Source: a virus
Lineage: Duplodnaviria; Caudoviricetes
Virus record (IMG/VR): IMGVR_UViG_3300021431_004525
DNA length: 64,000 nucleotides
Reading direction: 5' to 3' (one strand)
The notes beneath the pieces are model-generated. The model was not told the DNA's origin and ran no database searches. It worked only from the letters and a program-made list of their open reading frames with translations. Positions 9,142 to 18,800 of this stretch are shown here, in pieces. The translations under genes were made by a program, and so were the position numbers. The stretch's first letter is position 1, and every line of letters starts with the position of its first letter.

Positions 9142-9546
9142 TTATCCTTTAAATTTGATTATGAATACTTCTTTATCCTCAGGTGCTCCCCATTCCGGAT
9201 TACCTTTACCAACCTTAATTGAATCTATTTCCTTTATCATACGTCTTGAAGTATCTCCTTTCTTGGGATAGCCTAACGTAAATTCAACATGGGTATATCC
9301 ACGTGTTCCATATTCACCAATTAATAAGCGATGCAATGTCGCATCTGGATGCTCTTCATTGAAATACACACAGTTTCCTAATTCGCTGTTCCAATATCCA
9401 TCAATACCAAGGGGACAATGATACAGAATACGGTTGCACCAATACGGAGTAAGTTCCCTATACTCTTCGGTCTTGATACCACTCTCAATCATCCTGTACC
9501 ACTTTTCCTTTAACGGTAATACTAATACCTTGCGATATTCTTCCAT
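9142..9546 (-). CDS. ASCH/PUA-like domain protein
   Basis: LVLPLKEKWYRMIESGIKTEEYRE (GxKxxExR) and FTLGY. Confidence 0.75.
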   Translation of the reverse strand: MEEYRKVLVLPLKEKWYRMIESGIKTEEYRELTPYWCNRILYHCPLGIDGYWNSELGNCVYFNEEHPDATLHRLLIGEYGTRGYTHVEFTLGYPKKGDTSRRMIKEIDSIKVGKGNPEWGAPEDKEVFIIKFKG

Positions 9547-9547
9547 A

Positions 9548-10888
9548 TTAAATTCCTAATTGTTTTCTTCTTATACTAAGGAGTAGGTCATTAACAAAAT
9601 CAACGTTTATCTCATCCGGAATAGTAGACTCGGCCATTGCTTTCTCCATTTCGTCTTTTCTTGCATTGAGTTTTTCCATAAGTTCATCATATTCATACTT
9701 ATGGTTTCTGATGTCAAGCAAGAACTCTGCATCAATTCCACTTCTGTCAACTTTGTAGCCCTCTCCGCGTGCAATCTCAATACCACAATTCATAAGTCTG
9801 AAGCATTCACATATGTTCTTAGCATCATATGACTTATGAAGATTACTTTCATACCTCACCGGATTACGATGTTTAACCCAATCTTGATATTCAAGCCACC
9901 TACGGCAATGTTGGCTGTAAGAATCCTTCATATAAGAAATATGGCATATCGGCATTTCATCCTTTTCAACTGAAGACAGCCTCAGTTCATTAGATGTGTG
10001 GTCTCGATTAACCATACCTTTATATCCAATAGGCTTCTGTTCCTTATACCACCTTTCAAGGTTATCAGCCGTAAAGTCGTAACTGTCATAAGACGCACTA
10101 TCAATATGTAAATGATAGAAATCCACAATAAACCTCACCATATTCTTGAACTGTGCCTTTTTAAGAGTCTCTTTCAAATCCTCACGCCCCTCTTCCTTAA
10201 TCTGCCTTACAATCTTAATTGTATCATAGTCAGTAATGTCATTCCATGCATCAATCAAATCCTCACAAGTTACACCCTCATGAAGAAAATGATTTCCCCA
10301 GTCATAGAAACAACCAAACATCGTCGGCATGTTAGCAATATTGACAAGACCACAATACTCTTGTTTTAATCCTCTATATTCAAGCCAATTGAGTATCTTA
10401 CTACTTCCTTGCTTATGGAATGTGTACACAAAGTCAAGTAATTCCCTACGCTCAGGAACATCCCAATTAATTAATTTATTTAAGCCTTTGGCCTTCTTAA
10501 TTTGTGAACGTCCATAAGAGTAGAAACTGTCAAAACACTTCTTGGTAAGAAACTCATTCTTATATGATTTAAGTTCAGTCATAATAGGATGCTCAAACTG
10601 AACATACTTGTCATCGACGAACAATGCTTCAAGTACGGTAGGATTAGACTTCAGTAGCAGATTCATGAACTTCTGCATTTCATACCATACAATGTCATTT
10701 GTCTCATTGGCAATCTGGTCTTGATAATCCAAACCAAGGCCGATTAACTGTTCGGCCGGTGCCAAGAACACACCTCCATAGTCTTCATCACTCAAAGGGG
10801 TACTGATACCGTGACAATGGCTTCCACGTAAGTAATTGTAAATCAATAAGTTACGTTCTTTTATTTCACTAAAACTATAAGTCTTCAT
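9548..10888 (-). CDS. Pol-beta-superfamily nucleotidyltransferase (RlaP/T4 NrdC.11-like)
   Basis: RGSHCHG...SDEDYGGVF; KSNPTVLEALF; YDAKN...RL. Confidence 0.85.
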   Translation of the reverse strand: MKTYSFSEIKERNLLIYNYLRGSHCHGISTPLSDEDYGGVFLAPAEQLIGLGLDYQDQIANETNDIVWYEMQKFMNLLLKSNPTVLEALFVDDKYVQFEHPIMTELKSYKNEFLTKKCFDSFYSYGRSQIKKAKGLNKLINWDVPERRELLDFVYTFHKQGSSKILNWLEYRGLKQEYCGLVNIANMPTMFGCFYDWGNHFLHEGVTCEDLIDAWNDITDYDTIKIVRQIKEEGREDLKETLKKAQFKNMVRFIVDFYHLHIDSASYDSYDFTADNLERWYKEQKPIGYKGMVNRDHTSNELRLSSVEKDEMPICHISYMKDSYSQHCRRWLEYQDWVKHRNPVRYESNLHKSYDAKNICECFRLMNCGIEIARGEGYKVDRSGIDAEFLLDIRNHKYEYDELMEKLNARKDEMEKAMAESTIPDEINVDFVNDLLLSIRRKQLGI

Positions 10889-10889
10889 T

Positions 10890-11459
10890 TCAAATAACTT
10901 TTAACAACTCTTTATCAGTGTATACTTTTGTCCATCCTCTACCTATTGCTTCAACAATATACTTATTTGAGAAACCGTGGCTTTCTTTGATTATTCCCTT
11001 ATATCCTTCTTTATCAACAATTACAACATCCCCTTTACAAAACTTTTCGTTTTCTACCATTTTAAGATTATCCCCTGAATAATGTTTTACATAGGAAAAA
11101 TATTCAACATTTGTATCTTCAATTGCTTTGACGTTTGTATTATAAAATGTGACATAATATCCATCCTCATTAATACCTCTGATTATTCCTTTCTTAAATG
11201 GCTTTGATTTAACTTGTACCTTATCCCCAATACTAAATCTTTTGTTGCCTTCATATACAGTTTTAGGTATCTCATCTTTTGTTGCAAATCTAAAGTATAC
11301 TGCTTCAGACCTACCAATTTCTGTTCCGTCAAAACAGTTGTCTCTTTCTGCAAAGTACACTTTACCTTTTACGAAATGTTTTGCAGGGTCATCGTACCAT
11401 GAACTTATATGGAATAAGTCTTCAATGCACATATACCACTTTCCTTTCTTTATTTTCAT
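10890..11459 (-). CDS. hypothetical protein with SH3/KOW-like repeats
   Basis: FSIGDKVQV and FCKGDVVIV repeats. Confidence 0.65.
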   Translation of the reverse strand: MKIKKGKWYMCIEDLFHISSWYDDPAKHFVKGKVYFAERDNCFDGTEIGRSEAVYFRFATKDEIPKTVYEGNKRFSIGDKVQVKSKPFKKGIIRGINEDGYYVTFYNTNVKAIEDTNVEYFSYVKHYSGDNLKMVENEKFCKGDVVIVDKEGYKGIIKESHGFSNKYIVEAIGRGWTKVYTDKELLKVI

Positions 11460-11462
11460 ATT

Positions 11463-11732
11463 CTACTTATGTTCTTTTGGACTAACGTATAAATTCCACA
11501 CTGCCAAGCAACTATCAGCATTAATACCAAGTTTCCTGTCTTTTAAGATATATGTAGTAAACTTGTTATCCTGCCAAATTATAATTTCTTCACCAATATC
11601 CGGTGCCGAATTCAAATAAACCTCAGTTAGATTAAAGGATTCCTCCCCATTCTCATCCAACAGAAATATATAACATTTCTGCTTAATCGACTTAATATCT
11701 ACCTGTATATACTCTTCTCCTTGTATTTCCAT
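11463..11732 (-). CDS. hypothetical protein
   Basis: Tightly packed ORF. Confidence 0.6.
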   Translation of the reverse strand: MEIQGEEYIQVDIKSIKQKCYIFLLDENGEESFNLTEVYLNSAPDIGEEIIIWQDNKFTTYILKDRKLGINADSCLAVWNLYVSPKEHK

Positions 11733-11743
11733 AATCCAATTTA

Positions 11744-11944
11744 TTACTTTTTATTAAATTTATTCTTTAATTTACTCAAATCATCCGCAGTTATCTCACG
11801 GTCTTTCTCGACCTTTGGCTTAACCTCAGATGTGTTACCTACATACTTGTGTGAATAATGTTCAAGCCTCTCTTGTCTGCACAGAGGACATTCTACTGCT
11901 GTGTAAAACAGATGATGTGTCGGGCACAAAGTCTTTTGTATCAT
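11744..11944 (-). CDS. small Cys/His zinc-binding protein
   Basis: CPTH...CPLC. Confidence 0.6.
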   Translation of the reverse strand: MIQKTLCPTHHLFYTAVECPLCRQERLEHYSHKYVGNTSEVKPKVEKDREITADDLSKLKNKFNKK

Positions 11945-12093
11945 AACTCCTTTTTAAATGATTAAACTTGTTCTTAACCTTATTAGTGATTCTCGAATGA
12001 TTACATTTCTTATCTATTGCGGCAGCGGTTAAACCGATACCGGCCAAACTAAAACATACAAAACACATATATTATATATAATAATGTATACAA

Positions 12094-12537
12094 TTATTTC
12101 TTTTCATATTCAATTGGATAATGCCAAACATTAAGACTATGATATAGTTTTAGACCATGCTCCTTTATCAAACCGGCAGCGTCTATTGAAGCATCAGCGT
12201 CCCTTTCGTAATAAGTGGTCTCTTTTGTTCCGTCTGAAAGTGTTACCACAATTTTAGGCATCGTTACTAAACGCTCATTAGAATCAACAAGAAGATGTCT
12301 CTTTTCTTTCAAGTCTTCCTCGGTATATATCTCAAATGCATACGGCATACCATGATATGCAGACTTCCAAAGCCGTTCTTTCGCTATCTTCGTTCGGTAA
12401 TATGGGAAACACACAATAATAAAGAAATCCCACACCTTATACTTTTCAAACGGTCTTGCATATATTTTTAAATCAGTCTTAGCATCCTCTGACGGATAAA
12501 ACTCTACACCGGTAACCCCTTTAATATAACGTATCAT
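12094..12537 (-). CDS. hypothetical protein
   Basis: ORF track. Confidence 0.65.
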   Translation of the reverse strand: MIRYIKGVTGVEFYPSEDAKTDLKIYARPFEKYKVWDFFIIVCFPYYRTKIAKERLWKSAYHGMPYAFEIYTEEDLKEKRHLLVDSNERLVTMPKIVVTLSDGTKETTYYERDADASIDAAGLIKEHGLKLYHSLNVWHYPIEYEKK

Positions 12538-12743
12538 AATTCCTAATGCTGTTTTAACTGAATGTACGTACCAATCTTATCGTTCAATCTCGTAATGTTG
12601 TCATTAAGCGTATCAAGTCTACGGCCTGTCTGTGACATTTCCTTTGTCTGTGCTGAAATGGTCTTCTCAAGAGAACCCAACACCTTAATTAATTCTTTTG
12701 CTTCTTGCTTTTCCATATATAATCCTATTCTTTTATTATTATT

Positions 12744-13271
12744 TTATTTTTCATTACAAAATACTGACATCAAAAAATACAGCCAAAAGAAAGCCAAAAC
12801 TATTACAAGTGCAAGGCAACAAGCACACAACAATTCATTCAAAAATCCCCATGAGTCATCACCGACGGCATCTTTCCTTATATCCTTGAATTTCACTTTG
12901 TCACCAACCCCATATGAACTATATGTGGCAAACGTAACCTTAACGTCAAATTTATGCCACTTGGGATTATCCGGTGTAATCGCAAACATGAATACCTGTT
13001 CGTCATAGTGTTTATGATGCTCATTCGCAGTCCCCTTTGCAAATACAGTACCTTCTACATCTACAGTACTATTTCCTACTTGTGAGAAAAACCCGAATAG
13101 ACTAAATCCAAGCAATAATGTTATCACGACAAACCATTTTATGTACCACTTCCTTGGTTTCTCTTCATTATTACTATTATTACCACTTGAAATACCACCG
13201 CCTCGCCTTGAACTGTTCATTGCGACAGCCGTTGCCGCCATCATAGGCACTCCGTATGCACCAAATCCCAT
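12744..13271 (-). CDS. membrane protein (two TM helices)
   Basis: Two hydrophobic segments; start moved to 13271 because the promoter at 13297 overlaps the longer ORF. Confidence 0.65.
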   Translation of the reverse strand: MGFGAYGVPMMAATAVAMNSSRRGGGISSGNNSNNEEKPRKWYIKWFVVITLLLGFSLFGFFSQVGNSTVDVEGTVFAKGTANEHHKHYDEQVFMFAITPDNPKWHKFDVKVTFATYSSYGVGDKVKFKDIRKDAVGDDSWGFLNELLCACCLALVIVLAFFWLYFLMSVFCNEK

Positions 13272-13373
13272 ATACGATATATTTTTTGTCTTACCCTGCA
13301 AAGATACTACAATTATCTTAATAAAACAAACATTTTTAGTTAAAAATAATAAAAAAATATTCCTTTTTATTAC

Positions 13374-13398
13374 ATAGTCACTAATTATTAGTGACTAT
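13374..13398. promoter_or_regulatory. perfect 12-bp inverted repeat, candidate operator
   Basis: ATAGTCACTAAT-T-ATTAGTGACTAT in a divergent intergenic region. Confidence 0.5.
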
Positions 13399-13417
13399 TA
13401 TAAATTAAACTTTAAAA

Positions 13418-14959
13418 ATGAGAAGAAGAGTATTAGCAGAAAATATGTCAGGAGGTGATTACTCTAAAGAATATTTCACTATCGTAGCTAAAAGCAGTAT
13501 AAGTTTCTTTTTTAGCGGTTCGACATCTACCAATCAACTTCAATACTCAACTGACAATGGAAGTACTTGGAGTACAGGTTCAGTGTATATATCTGGGACT
13601 AGTGGTGATAAGGTGATGTTCAAGGGAACGTGTATACCAACAACAAGTTCTCCATATGGTATTGGACAATTCGAGATTACAGGTAATTTCGATGTTGAGG
13701 GTAATGCAATGTCACTACTGTATGGAGACGGCTTCAAAGGAGAGACAAGCCTTAGTGGAAAGAGTTGTGCATTTAGTCATTTATTCAAAGGCTGCACATC
13801 GTTGGTAAGTGCCGAAAACCTATCATTACCGGCTACAACATTAGCTTATGAGTGTTATGAAAGTATGTTCGAAGATTGTACTAGTTTAACTACAGCACCA
13901 ACTCTACCAGCCACAACACTAGCACAAAACTGCTATTCTAATATGTTTAAAGGGTGTACCGGTCTAGCCACATCTCCGAGTCTACCAGCGACAACGTTAG
14001 CAGGATACTGTTATCATGCTATGTTCCAAGGTACAAACGTATTACCAGACTGCACGAATATAGACTTTAGAAGTCCCACCGTTATTGGAAGTGGAGGACT
14101 TAACGGACTATTCTATGGAACTAAACTGACCGATGCACAACTAGATACAATTCTTAAGAGCCACGGAATAACGAACTATTCACTGCCTTCCACAACTTTA
14201 GCAGGATACTGTTATTCAGATATGTTCCGAGATTGTACTAGTTTAACAACTGCTCCAAGTCTACCAGCCACAACACTAGCACAAAACTGCTATTCTAATA
14301 TGTTCGACGGTTGTACTAGTTTGACAACTGCTCCAGCATCATTGCCAGCCACAACATTAGAATACGGTTGTTATATTCAGATGTTCAATAATTGTACTAG
14401 TTTAACAACTGCTCCAGAGTTGTCCGCTACAAAGTCAGCCGATTTCTGTTGTAGTTCTATGTTCTCCCGTTGTACTAGTTTGACAACTGCCCCAACATCA
14501 TTGCCAGCCACATCAGCACAATACTGTTTTAGTGGTATGTTCTATAATTGTTCTAGTCTTACATCAGCTCCAACTCTACCCGCCACAACATTACGAAGTA
14601 ACTGTTATTCAGCTATGTTCGAAAATTGTACTAGTTTAACAACTGCTCCAAGTCTACCGGCTACAACACTAGCAAATGATTGCTATTCTAATATGTTCTA
14701 TAATTGTTCTAGTCTTACATCAGCTCCAAGGCTACCGGCTAAAACGTTAGTAAGTAGTTGTTATTATCAGATGTTCTCCGGTTGTAGTAACTTATCAAGT
14801 ATTACTTGTCTAGCAACTGATATATCAGCATCATCTTGCACAAGGAATTGGTTACTTAGAGTCAATTCGTTTGGTACGTTCACAACACCTTCATCAACTA
14901 ATTGGAAAACTGACTCTTCTAATGGCATTCCAGAAGGTTGGATTAGAATAAATTCATAA
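13418..14959 (+). CDS. BspA-like leucine-rich-repeat protein
   Basis: About a dozen LPATTLAxxCYxxMFxxCTSLTTAP repeats; IPEGW C-terminal cap. Confidence 0.85.
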   Translation: MRRRVLAENMSGGDYSKEYFTIVAKSSISFFFSGSTSTNQLQYSTDNGSTWSTGSVYISGTSGDKVMFKGTCIPTTSSPYGIGQFEITGNFDVEGNAMSLLYGDGFKGETSLSGKSCAFSHLFKGCTSLVSAENLSLPATTLAYECYESMFEDCTSLTTAPTLPATTLAQNCYSNMFKGCTGLATSPSLPATTLAGYCYHAMFQGTNVLPDCTNIDFRSPTVIGSGGLNGLFYGTKLTDAQLDTILKSHGITNYSLPSTTLAGYCYSDMFRDCTSLTTAPSLPATTLAQNCYSNMFDGCTSLTTAPASLPATTLEYGCYIQMFNNCTSLTTAPELSATKSADFCCSSMFSRCTSLTTAPTSLPATSAQYCFSGMFYNCSSLTSAPTLPATTLRSNCYSAMFENCTSLTTAPSLPATTLANDCYSNMFYNCSSLTSAPRLPAKTLVSSCYYQMFSGCSNLSSITCLATDISASSCTRNWLLRVNSFGTFTTPSSTNWKTDSSNGIPEGWIRINS

Positions 14960-15171
14960 TATGCAGATTTCCAATTAAAAAAAAATGACATAGAAGATTT
15001 ATTAAATTATAACATATTACAATTATTAGAAGAATAATTGAAAAAGCATTAGAAACAGTTAATTTAACTTTATCATCATATGGTACAGTCACTGTTTTAT
15101 TAGATACCGAAAATTTAACACATTCAATAACATTTTAATGTTTTTTATAAAATAGTATAGTATATATAGTC

Positions 15172-15208
15172 AGAGGGATATGGCATGTGAATGTCGTATC
15201 TCTTTTTT
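15172..15208 (+). terminator. intrinsic terminator
   Basis: AGAGGGATATGGCAT-GTGA-ATGTCGTATCTCT followed by a T-run. Confidence 0.65.
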
Positions 15209-15261
15209 ATTGATAAATATTTAACGCTTTATTATATTTCATATATAAGATAAATTTTGAT

Positions 15262-15585
15262 TTGAAAGGAACTGTTTATTTAATTTGCGATGCGGCGAAC
15301 AATTTGTATAAGATAGGCGTTACCAAGGGAGACATTAACAAACGTATTAAGAAACTCCAAACCGGTAATGCCACTGAGTTATTCCTCGCAAATCATCACA
15401 TATCTGAATATCCATATAGGGTTGAGACAATGTTACATAACCATTTCAGTGCTAAAAACGTGTTAAATGAATGGTTTGACCTATCTCATGAGGATGTTGT
15501 TAATTTCCGAAATATTTGCAAAATTATGGAAGAAAGAATCAAGTGTCTTGAAAATAATCCGTTCTTCATGAAGAAGATACATTAG
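15262..15585 (+). CDS. GIY-YIG/T5orf172 (MUG113-like) protein
   Basis: VYLI...YKIGVT...RIKKLQTGN...E..LH...NEWF. Confidence 0.85.
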   Translation: MKGTVYLICDAANNLYKIGVTKGDINKRIKKLQTGNATELFLANHHISEYPYRVETMLHNHFSAKNVLNEWFDLSHEDVVNFRNICKIMEERIKCLENNPFFMKKIH

Positions 15586-15980
15586 ACTGTTTTCTTACGT
15601 TCTGCCTTAATCTTAGATAGTTTCTCTTTCATTGAACGTTGGATTAGTTTCTTCTTAATAACCTCTGAGTGGCAAGTTTCAGAGAGGTTACAGAAGCAGC
15701 CAAGGTAGATTTCATCATATGTCTTATACGCTTCATACATTCTATCCCATTCTTCTCTGAAACGTTCCCCAACCTCACTGTCATCTTTCAGCATATTATC
15801 GAAATATGGGTCATACAAGGCAATGGCCTCATCACGTGTTTTAACCTTTACCTGTGCCTTTGTTTCCCTATTCTTGATATGCGTATAAGGATTGCCGAAT
15901 ATATTTGGTCTTGATACATCAAATGCATTCGGTCCATAATGTTCCTCATTTAACTTACAGTAACGTATTATTTTAGACAT
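15582..15980 (-). CDS. DUF4326-like protein
   Basis: RPNIFGNPY...R.EAI..Y...LGCFC...CH. Confidence 0.75.
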   Translation of the reverse strand: MSKIIRYCKLNEEHYGPNAFDVSRPNIFGNPYTHIKNRETKAQVKVKTRDEAIALYDPYFDNMLKDDSEVGERFREEWDRMYEAYKTYDEIYLGCFCNLSETCHSEVIKKKLIQRSMKEKLSKIKAERKKTV

Positions 15981-15992
15981 AGTTTTTAAAAG

Positions 15993-16039
15993 AAAAAAGC
16001 CTCAATGACCACTTTTTAAAATTAGTAATCATTGAGACC
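15993..16039 (-). terminator. intrinsic terminator after the OmpA gene
   Basis: CTCAATGA...TCATTGAG stem followed by a U-run on the minus strand. Confidence 0.6.
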
Positions 16040-16067
16040 GTTAATGTTAGTTTTCGTTTAAGTCTTA

Positions 16068-17090
16068 CTACTTTGTATTGGTCACGATTGCTACACGGCC
16101 TGTCTCAGCGTTCTTTCCCTTTCCTACTGCACTGTTGACTCTTACGCCACGATTGTTTGTAAGATAGTCAGAAACAGCGGCAGCACGCTTCTCAGAAAGT
16201 TTCTGATTATACTTATCACTACCGGTCATTGACGCAGTTGCAACGACATCAACGATTGCATCATTACCAATCTGGTTAAGGATATACATTGCTTCAGGAG
16301 TAAGTACTGAACTGTTCTCTGCGAATGTAACAACCCACTTGGTGTCATTATTTGCCACAGCCGGGGCGGTCTCCTTGATGATAACCTTCTCTACGACCCT
16401 TGGCTCACGCTTCTCACACTCCGCAAGTACAGAATTCAAACGGTCAATCTCATTAGCCATTGCGCCTACGTCATAGGTCTTGAAATGACGTGTACCGTTT
16501 GAGGTCTTGAAATGATAGAGATAGGTTGCAGTAAGACCGAACTGTGCGCCTCGCTTGTCGAACTTGATACCACCGAACTTGTTAAGATTCCAATATACGG
16601 CAGGAGTAACAATGAGCGAATGTGCCTTTGTCTTGCCGAAATTGAACTGCAAATCAAGTCCTGTCTTTGCTGTCAGTGCATTACCACTTCCATTCCACTC
16701 ATGCAGCCAACCAATACCGGTATTTGTCTTGAATTCAAGTGTACGTGGTGTACCGTTATAGTCACCAAACAGGTTGCTGAGATTAACAATACCATTAAGA
16801 CCTACATTGGTACCCTTTACGGCAGTCTTAATGTCCGCCCAATGATTGTCGTTAAGAATTGCAACACCCTCAACCTCAATAGCGAGAATTGGGCTGAACT
16901 CCTTACCGAACTTCAGGCCTGCAACAGTATTGAGGGGGAATACTGAATTGAAATCAAGCGGTGTCGTAGCACCGGCAGTCACTCCGATGTAAGTGTTATC
17001 GAACAACTTACTTGTCTGCACAGCAGTCTGTGCGTTCACACTAACGATGGCCATAAGAGCCATTACCAAACTAAAAATAAACTTTCTCAT
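16068..17090 (-). CDS. OmpA-family outer-membrane protein (Bacteroidota type)
   Basis: Signal peptide ending VNA-Q; beta-barrel-like N-half; C-terminal F..NSS.L...YNQKLSEKRAAAV..YL. Confidence 0.85.
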   Translation of the reverse strand: MRKFIFSLVMALMAIVSVNAQTAVQTSKLFDNTYIGVTAGATTPLDFNSVFPLNTVAGLKFGKEFSPILAIEVEGVAILNDNHWADIKTAVKGTNVGLNGIVNLSNLFGDYNGTPRTLEFKTNTGIGWLHEWNGSGNALTAKTGLDLQFNFGKTKAHSLIVTPAVYWNLNKFGGIKFDKRGAQFGLTATYLYHFKTSNGTRHFKTYDVGAMANEIDRLNSVLAECEKREPRVVEKVIIKETAPAVANNDTKWVVTFAENSSVLTPEAMYILNQIGNDAIVDVVATASMTGSDKYNQKLSEKRAAAVSDYLTNNRGVRVNSAVGKGKNAETGRVAIVTNTK

Positions 17091-17126
17091 AACTTTTTCT
17101 AATTTTTAAATGTTAAGTTTTATTTA

Positions 17127-17321
17127 TTAATATTTAATTTCTATTTCATTAGGTAAAACCTCAGACTCACCATATTCATCTGATATAATAATAACATCTT
17201 CAGATACTTTATCAACAACCCATATACGTGTCAAATCTCTTGCTTCTTCCTCTGGGTCATACCAAATAACTTTTGCGCCTTTTTTAATAGGTTTTCCATT
17301 TATATCATTTACATTCTTCAT
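17127..17321 (-). CDS. small hypothetical protein
   Basis: Probable start MKNVND; DINGKPIKKGAKV. Confidence 0.6.
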   Translation of the reverse strand: MKNVNDINGKPIKKGAKVIWYDPEEEARDLTRIWVVDKVSEDVIIISDEYGESEVLPNEIEIKY

Positions 17322-17322
17322 T

Positions 17323-18135
17323 TTAATTAATATTAAATTGTTTTTTAATAATGTCAATAATATGAAATTGTTGAATTTTTCTCATTGCGATACAACTTAG
17401 ATATTCTCTCCAATCAAAATTCTTTAAGAATGTTACAATTTCATTATATAAAGGATAGTTTTCATCAACTTTAATTTTATATTCTGCTGAATAATGTTCT
17501 CCATCTAAAAGTATTTTTCCTGCTGTACCATCACCCCATGCACACATTCTTAAATCATATTCAAAATTATCATAACCTTTACTATCATTACGACATATTT
17601 TTATAAATGGTAATTTAGTAGAAGATTTTTTATTTATGCCGCCATTTTTCGGTCTTCTATAAATGTTAAAGCAACAATGCAAGGGTATATTACTATATTC
17701 GAAAGTACCGAGGTCTTCACTATATATTAAATCAAATTCATATAATGATTGTGTATTATTTAATTGACTAATAGGAAGAATAAATGCAATATAATCACAA
17801 ACGGTAACGGCTTTTTTGAAAAACTTTTGTGCCAAATTCATTCTACTGCCGTATGGCGGATTACCTATTATAAGTCTTCCTTTTTTATACTCAATAGGAA
17901 ATGTAAGCCAATCATGTTCAATAATATTTTCACCTTTTATTTCAGGTTTAATATCAATACATAATGTGGGTTTTGTATCGACGAATGGGTGGTTTAGAAA
18001 TGCTCCATTCCCAACTGAAGGCTCAACAATTTCAGTAATATTGTCAGAACCTATTAATTCTAACACTTTGTCGTAACAGTAGTTAGCTGTTTCTACTGGT
18101 GTGTAGTATTTATCTAATTCAATCTTCATTGCCAA
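17323..18135 (-). CDS. N6-adenine DNA methyltransferase
   Basis: DKYYTP, EPSVGNGAF, IIGNPPYG. Confidence 0.85.
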   Translation of the reverse strand: MAMKIELDKYYTPVETANYCYDKVLELIGSDNITEIVEPSVGNGAFLNHPFVDTKPTLCIDIKPEIKGENIIEHDWLTFPIEYKKGRLIIGNPPYGSRMNLAQKFFKKAVTVCDYIAFILPISQLNNTQSLYEFDLIYSEDLGTFEYSNIPLHCCFNIYRRPKNGGINKKSSTKLPFIKICRNDSKGYDNFEYDLRMCAWGDGTAGKILLDGEHYSAEYKIKVDENYPLYNEIVTFLKNFDWREYLSCIAMRKIQQFHIIDIIKKQFNIN

Positions 18136-18722
18136 TTATTATTAATAAACCACTGGGCGGCTTCCTGTGCTTGTTCCTTGGTGTTCCATTTCTGATGGTT
18201 ATATTTATCGGTCACGTCAAGTTTACCAACCTTTGCATACCAATGCTCTCCGCCATCCCATTGCATATATCTTACATCTTCCAAACAAGGTTTGTCTTCA
18301 TCAGGAAATGTTAATTCCTCTTTATATACCTCTTCAGTAATATGGAAGAACCTACTATCAATTGTCACCACTGACATATTTTTCGGTAAATAGATATCAC
18401 GTCCCCTCTCAAAATCATTTATCCTCTGATTATAGGCGATATTCTCAATCTGAACCATATCAGAGATAAGGAAATTCTCTGTGAACGGATGTAGACGCAT
18501 CACTGCGTCCTCAAATTCATTCGATGCATGACTTGTACCAAGTTTACCGTCATTAAGTATACGGTTGGCAATTTTTCTTGAACCGTCCCTTATAATAGAT
18601 GCAGGATATTTCTGCCAATGCAGTTTAATCTGCTCTACGCTACTCGGAGAGAAATACCATACGGATTTACTATCCTCCTTTGGCTCAATTGCCTCTACTT
18701 TTACAAACTTGTACTTTTTCAT
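18126..18722 (-). CDS. hypothetical protein
   Basis: First gene after the promoter at 18748. Confidence 0.7.
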   Translation of the reverse strand: MKKYKFVKVEAIEPKEDSKSVWYFSPSSVEQIKLHWQKYPASIIRDGSRKIANRILNDGKLGTSHASNEFEDAVMRLHPFTENFLISDMVQIENIAYNQRINDFERGRDIYLPKNMSVVTIDSRFFHITEEVYKEELTFPDEDKPCLEDVRYMQWDGGEHWYAKVGKLDVTDKYNHQKWNTKEQAQEAAQWFINNNWQ

Positions 18723-18747
18723 ATTAATATCCTTTCATCTTTCGGAA

Positions 18748-18781
18748 TGCAAAGGTACTGCAAATTTCTGAAAGTACCAAA
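18748..18781 (-). promoter_or_regulatory. Bacteroidota sigma-type promoter
   Basis: TTTGG...TACCTTTGCA. Confidence 0.75.
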
Positions 18782-18800
18782 TATTTTCTGTTAAAAATTA

